Positions 59,739-64,000 of a stretch of 64,000 nucleotides of DNA are shown piece after piece; within the stretch, counting starts at the first letter, position 1, and every line of letters starts with the position of its first letter. Position numbers and translations under genes: made by a program. The notes under the pieces are model-generated. The model made no database searches. It had not been told where the DNA came from and saw only the letters and a list, made by a program, of their open reading frames with translations. This DNA is from Candidatus Nitrospinota bacterium M3_3B_026 (GTDB lineage: Bacteria; Nitrospinota_A; UBA7883; JBPRGF01): NCBI GenBank assembly GCA_051418015.1, contig JBPRGF010000003.1, positions 32,001 through 96,000 on the forward strand, in the 5' to 3' direction.

Positions 59739-60986
59739 TTACCGCTTCAGGTTCACCACCTCCTGCATCATGTCGTCCACGGTCGATATGATCCGGGAGT
59801 TGGCCTGGTAGGCGCGCTGGTTCTGTATCATGTCCACGAACTCGCGGGACAGGTCCACGTTGGAAAGCTCCAGCGACGATCCGTAGATTGTCCCGAACCC
59901 TCCGGCCTTGGCGATCCCGTATATCGGCTGGCCGGACTGCGTGGTCTCGGCGAAGAGGGTGTTGCCCTGCCTCGACAGGGCCCAGGGACTCAAAAAGTCC
60001 GCAAGCTGAACCTGCCAAAGCTGCTGCGTCTGGCCGTTGGAGAACAGGCCGGATATTATCCCCTCGCTGTCCACCGACAACCCCCGCAGCACGCCGGTGG
60101 AATAGCCGTCCTGCACGATGGAGTTGGTCACCGACGTCGAGGCGTACCCCGTGATGTCGTTGTACGACGCGGACGTGGTGTCGTCGATTATGTCCCAGTT
60201 GAACGTCAGGTCGGACGCTCCCGAAGGGAAGCCGGTGACCGTTATGGTCTGGTCGGCGGCGGGCGAGGTCATCTGCCCCTGGTTGTTGAAAGTGACCGTG
60301 CCGGAGGCCCCCGCGGTGACCGACGTGCCGGAGGGGCCGGAGAGGACGTAGTCCCACTGCCCGGCGGTGGTCGTCTTGGTGAAGGTCATGGTCATCGTCG
60401 CCGCCTCGCCCAGGGAGTTGTAGACGTTGAACGAGGTGGAGAAAGTCGCCGTGGCGGAGGCGGCGGCGTTGAGGTTCGCCCCCAGCCTGACGAAGCTGGT
60501 CTCCCTCGGCTCGCTCTGCAGGCCGGTTATGCTGATGTCGGAGGCCGGGCCGGACCTCACGTAGTCGCCTGAGGCGTCCATGGTCATCCTGTAGCCCCTC
60601 ATCCTGTGGCTGGATGGGTTGACCAGGTAGCCGTCCTTGTCGATGGTGTACTGCCCCGCGCGGGTGTAGAAGGTCCCCCCCGACGAGGGGTCGCGCACCA
60701 CGAAAAAACCGGTACCCTGTATAGCCATGTCCGTGGCGTTGCCGGTGGTCTCGAAGGAGCCCTGGGAAAAAGTCGGCGACACCGCCTGGAAAAAGGAGCC
60801 CCGGCCGAACTGCATGACCGTGGCCCCGTTGGCCACGGAGTTGGCCAGGATGTCGGAGAAGATCGACCTGTTGCCCTTGAACCCGACGGTGTTTATGTTG
60901 GAGATGTTGTCACCGGTGACGTTCATCGCGTCACCGTAAACGCTGAGCCCGGCGATCCCGGTGTACATCGCGCTTCCAAGTCCCAT
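59739..60986 (-). CDS. flgE: Flagellar hook protein
   Basis: NISN.NT.GFK, YTRAG and LELSNVDL..EF..MI..QRAYQAN motifs. Confidence 0.96.
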   Translation of the reverse strand: MGLGSAMYTGIAGLSVYGDAMNVTGDNISNINTVGFKGNRSIFSDILANSVANGATVMQFGRGSFFQAVSPTFSQGSFETTGNATDMAIQGTGFFVVRDPSSGGTFYTRAGQYTIDKDGYLVNPSSHRMRGYRMTMDASGDYVRSGPASDISITGLQSEPRETSFVRLGANLNAAASATATFSTSFNVYNSLGEAATMTMTFTKTTTAGQWDYVLSGPSGTSVTAGASGTVTFNNQGQMTSPAADQTITVTGFPSGASDLTFNWDIIDDTTSASYNDITGYASTSVTNSIVQDGYSTGVLRGLSVDSEGIISGLFSNGQTQQLWQVQLADFLSPWALSRQGNTLFAETTQSGQPIYGIAKAGGFGTIYGSSLELSNVDLSREFVDMIQNQRAYQANSRIISTVDDMMQEVVNLKR

Positions 60987-61024
60987 CTTTCAAACCTCCT
61001 TGATTTTGACTGGAGCCGGGCCGC

Positions 61025-61768
61025 TCACGCCGTCGTCCCGCCGGAGGCTTCCGCCCCGGCGCCGGCGCCGCTGTCAGGCCGGACGTCCCGCACCTCGATT
61101 ATCTCGCCAAGGGTGAACTTATTCTGTCCGACGTGGACATAGGTCACCCCGTCCTCGAAGGAGACGCCGGTGGCTATCCCCTTCGCTCGCGTCGCAACAT
61201 CCATCTGTTTTCCATCAGGCCCCTTCGCCGAGACGCTGAAGGTGTACCTTCCGTCGGGCAGTGGATTCCCGAGGTCATCCCCGCCGCTCCAGGGGACGCT
61301 GTGGTCCCCGGCGGAAAGCGAGGAAAGCTCTATCTCCCTTACCGCCTCGCCACGCCCGTTCTCGATCGTGACAACGGCTTTACCGGCGGAGTTCGGCAGG
61401 GTGAAAGATATGTCCGAGGCCGTCCCGCCGCTCACCTCCACGGAGTTTCCTCCGGCGGTTACCTCCTTGCCGATCAGCGAGACCGCCTGGGTGGCCGTGG
61501 CCTCGGCGGAGGCGCTTGCCATGGCCTCCATGCTCTTGTTCATGTTCAAAAGCTGCTCCAGGGAGCTGAACTGCGCCATCTGGGCGGTGAAGTCGGTGTT
61601 CTCCATCGGTTTCATGGGGTCCTGGTGCTTGAGCTGCGCCATCAGCAGCGTCAGAAACTCCGACTGCCCGAGCTCGGCCATGCTCTTTTCGGTCTGGCCG
61701 GTCTTTTTTTCCGCCGCCGCCGCGGCGTCCGCGCCGCCGCCGCCCGACAAAGGTGATGTGACTATCAT
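61025..61768 (-). CDS. flgD: Hook capping protein
   Basis: FL.LL.AQL..QDP..P and QMAQFSSLEQ motifs; GGAGGA RBS. Confidence 0.95.
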   Translation of the reverse strand: MIVTSPLSGGGGADAAAAAEKKTGQTEKSMAELGQSEFLTLLMAQLKHQDPMKPMENTDFTAQMAQFSSLEQLLNMNKSMEAMASASAEATATQAVSLIGKEVTAGGNSVEVSGGTASDISFTLPNSAGKAVVTIENGRGEAVREIELSSLSAGDHSVPWSGGDDLGNPLPDGRYTFSVSAKGPDGKQMDVATRAKGIATGVSFEDGVTYVHVGQNKFTLGEIIEVRDVRPDSGAGAGAEASGGTTA

Positions 61769-61808
61769 CTCGAATCCTCCCGCTCTTGACTCTCTTCGTC
61801 CATCTTCA

Positions 61809-63314
61809 TCACGCCAGGACGTCCAGAACGCCGTCATGGTAGGAGACCCTCCCCGGCCCCCCGGCCGGGACGGGCTCCTCGGCCGCTCCGGCGCCATCGT
61901 CCGCCGCAGGGCTCCCCCGGCCTGGCCCGCCATTGGGTCCGCGCCGTCCGCCGAGGTTCTCGTTGCGGAAGTTGAACCCCTCGCCGGAGGAGGCGACGAT
62001 TATCTGGTCCACCTTCAGCCCGCTGTTGTTCAGCGCGGCCCTCAGGCTCTCGATATCCCTTTCCATCATGCTTCTCACGTCGGGGCTCTCGGCTGTCATG
62101 ACGACGCGAGCCTGGTTGTCATGGGTCACCACCCGCATGTCGATCCTGCCCAGGCTGGGCGGGTCGAGCTTTATGGTCATGTTGGAGCGGCCATTGGAGC
62201 GGACGTTTATCCTGATCTTCTCCACCACCTGGTCCATCACCGCCCGCTCGAAGGATCGGCGGGTTGTCTCGGCGGTCTTCTCCTGGCCGGCAGGCGCCTG
62301 TGTCCTGGCGCTCGTCCTGTTCCCCTCCGGGCCCGATGTGTCCGCGCCCTGGGGCGCCTTGACGGCCGATTTGGCGGCCCCGCCGCCTTTTTCCGGCGCG
62401 GCGCTGTTCCCCGCCTTCACGGCCGCCTCGAAGGCGCGGGAGGTCTCCTGCGCCGCCTGGCCCTGCCGTCCCGCGGCGTCTGTGTTCACGGCGCGGGTCA
62501 GGGTGTGGGTGGAGTTGTTCTCATCGGCGGCGGGGGTTTTCAGCCCCTGGCGGGCTATGTCCGGTTTCCCGGCCTCGTCCTGACCCTTCCGGAGCGCGGC
62601 GGCGAGCTTGCCGGCCTCGTGGGCGCTCAGGCCGAGGGAGCGAAAGACGGCGGTCAGCTTCTCCTTGCCTCCGGAGGCGAGGGCCTCCTTAACGCCAGCC
62701 GCGAGCTTTGTCTCCAGGTCAACCAGTTTCCCAAGGTTTTCCAGGTTTTCCGCGCCGACGCCCAGCGCCTTCAGAAAATCGCCCAGCGTCATCTCCTCCG
62801 CCCCGGCCAGAAGATCCTCAAAAGCCTCCGGGTCTTCCTCTTTCAGCTGCTCCAGCTTTTCGGCGACGATCTGAGCAACCTTCTCCAAAGGCTTCGGGCC
62901 CTCCCCGGCATCCTCTTTTTCCGCCGGGGTTTTTTCCGTGGCCGCCGCTGGCCGGCTGTCCTTGTCGACACTTTCGGCGCTTTCGGCGCCTGTTGCCTTG
63001 TCTTTTTCCACGGCCGCCGCCACGGGGCCGTTATCGGAGGCTTTGTCCTGTTTTTTGTCACCTCCGGCCTTCCGCGCCTCGCGCTCATCGCGGACGCCGG
63101 TCTCATCAACCCGGCGTTGGCCGGTGTCACGTCCGTTTTCGGCGCGGCGCCTATCCGGCGCGGGCATACCCCGGCGCTCGGCCTCCCTGGCGCGGCTTTC
63201 GATCCGGGCGAAAACCTCGTCGAAGGTTTTGTCCATGGTGAAGACGTCATCGCGGACGGTCTCCGCCCTGCCAGGGAGGATGCTGTCCAACAGCGCCATG
63301 ACCGGCTTTACCAT
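61809..63314 (-). CDS. fliK: Hook-length control protein
   Basis: Low-complexity N-terminus; I.LDPPSLGRI C-terminal domain; upstream of flgD. Confidence 0.9.
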   Translation of the reverse strand: MVKPVMALLDSILPGRAETVRDDVFTMDKTFDEVFARIESRAREAERRGMPAPDRRRAENGRDTGQRRVDETGVRDEREARKAGGDKKQDKASDNGPVAAAVEKDKATGAESAESVDKDSRPAAATEKTPAEKEDAGEGPKPLEKVAQIVAEKLEQLKEEDPEAFEDLLAGAEEMTLGDFLKALGVGAENLENLGKLVDLETKLAAGVKEALASGGKEKLTAVFRSLGLSAHEAGKLAAALRKGQDEAGKPDIARQGLKTPAADENNSTHTLTRAVNTDAAGRQGQAAQETSRAFEAAVKAGNSAAPEKGGGAAKSAVKAPQGADTSGPEGNRTSARTQAPAGQEKTAETTRRSFERAVMDQVVEKIRINVRSNGRSNMTIKLDPPSLGRIDMRVVTHDNQARVVMTAESPDVRSMMERDIESLRAALNNSGLKVDQIIVASSGEGFNFRNENLGGRRGPNGGPGRGSPAADDGAGAAEEPVPAGGPGRVSYHDGVLDVLA

Positions 63315-63357
63315 CCGCGTTCTCCATCAAACAAAAGGGTTGTTCGCCGGATAGGGC

Positions 63358-63374
63358 ATCAAAGGCCGTGCCAA
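63358..63374 (-). promoter_or_regulatory. Possible sigma54 promoter of fliK-flgD-flgE
   Basis: TTGGCACG-GCCT-TTGAT; perfect -24, but -12 reads TTGA instead of TTGC. Confidence 0.5.
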
Positions 63375-63547
63375 AACCGGCGTGGACGGCAACTCCCGTG
63401 ATAACAACATGTTGTCTCCATGACGGGAGACGCCGCGGGCGTGGGCTCTGCGGGCTTGGGCAAATCTTTCCCACCCGCCGTGGGCATGACTGCCGGGACG
63501 GCGCCATTTTGGCGGCGGCCTGCGCGCCGGGCTTCGGGGAATAATAC

Positions 63548-63577
63548 TTGACAAGAAAGGTAGGTTATACGTAAGAT
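63548..63577 (+). promoter_or_regulatory. Putative sigma70 promoter upstream of thrC
   Basis: TTGACA-N18-TAAGAT. Confidence 0.55.
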
Positions 63578-63634
63578 CGCTAAAACAAAGCGATTGAGGC
63601 GCCGGTGAAAACCGGGTAAACTTCCAAGTTTACG

Positions 63635-63676
63635 CGCCGCGGTTTTGGATTTTTCAGGTCTGCGCGGCGTTTTTTT
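63635..63676 (+). terminator. Intrinsic terminator within the thrC leader
   Basis: CGCCGCG...CGCGGCG stem followed by T7. Confidence 0.6.
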
Positions 63677-63705
63677 GATCCACGCGGCGTTTTGGATTTT
63701 GGCGT

Positions 63706-64000
63706 ATGAGTTTCGTTCTTGGTTTACGGTGCAGGGAGTGCGGCAGGGAGTACCCTTCCGAGCCGACCCACGTCTGCGAGTTCTGCTTCGGGCCGCTCGA
63801 GGTCCGCTACGACTACGACGGGATCAAGCGCGTCCTGACCCGCGAGGTCATAGAGTCCCGCCCGGCCACGATGTGGCGCTACCGCGAGCTTATCCCGATA
63901 GACGGCGAGCCGACGGTGGGGCTGGAGAACGGCTTCACGCCGCTGATCCGGGCGAAGAACCTCGGCGAGGCGCTGGGCCTTTCGAACCTCTATATAAAGA
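63706..64000 (+). CDS. thrC: Threonine synthase (5' part; runs off the window)
   Basis: LRCRECG..Y.....VCEFCFGPLEV, MWRYRE and G.TPL..A.NLG..LG..NLYIK motifs. Confidence 0.9.
   Translation, partial: MSFVLGLRCRECGREYPSEPTHVCEFCFGPLEVRYDYDGIKRVLTREVIESRPATMWRYRELIPIDGEPTVGLENGFTPLIRAKNLGEALGLSNLYIK

Overview
This is a GC-rich bacterial chromosome segment, probably near the origin, since it has mnmG-rsmG-parA-parB with two perfect parS sites. Most of it is housekeeping: a split ATP synthase operon (b', b, delta, alpha, gamma, beta, epsilon), hypABFCDE followed by hisA/hisF/hisE-smpB-ruvB, thiG/H/S/E/D, trpE/trpF, birA-coaX, a two-subunit fumarase, polX-nth, scattered flagellar genes (flgM, an FlgO-like gene, fliK-flgD-flgE), tRNA-His and the start of thrC. 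The gene content suggests a Nitrospinota or deltaproteobacteria-like organism, which is inference only. Intergenic DNA is crowded with several families of REP-like palindromes, some wrapped in IS-like terminal inverted repeats. The most notable observations are: (1) an intact ORF that aligns with IS200/IS605 TnpA but lacks the HUH and catalytic Tyr residues, next to a heme-c sensor fused to an RsbW-type kinase; (2) a riboswitch-like leader before thrC; (3) repeated collapsed copies of gene 3' ends (FlgO-like gene, hypA, thiD, flgM) and collapsed hicA relics; (4) an AT-rich two-gene cassette bounded by inverted repeats; (5) divergent sigma28 promoters driving flgM and an unannotated small ORF; (6) a c554-like tetraheme cytochrome outside a hao cluster; (7) a Fic protein with a degenerate active site. 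All family calls come from motif recognition by eye; no searches were run.
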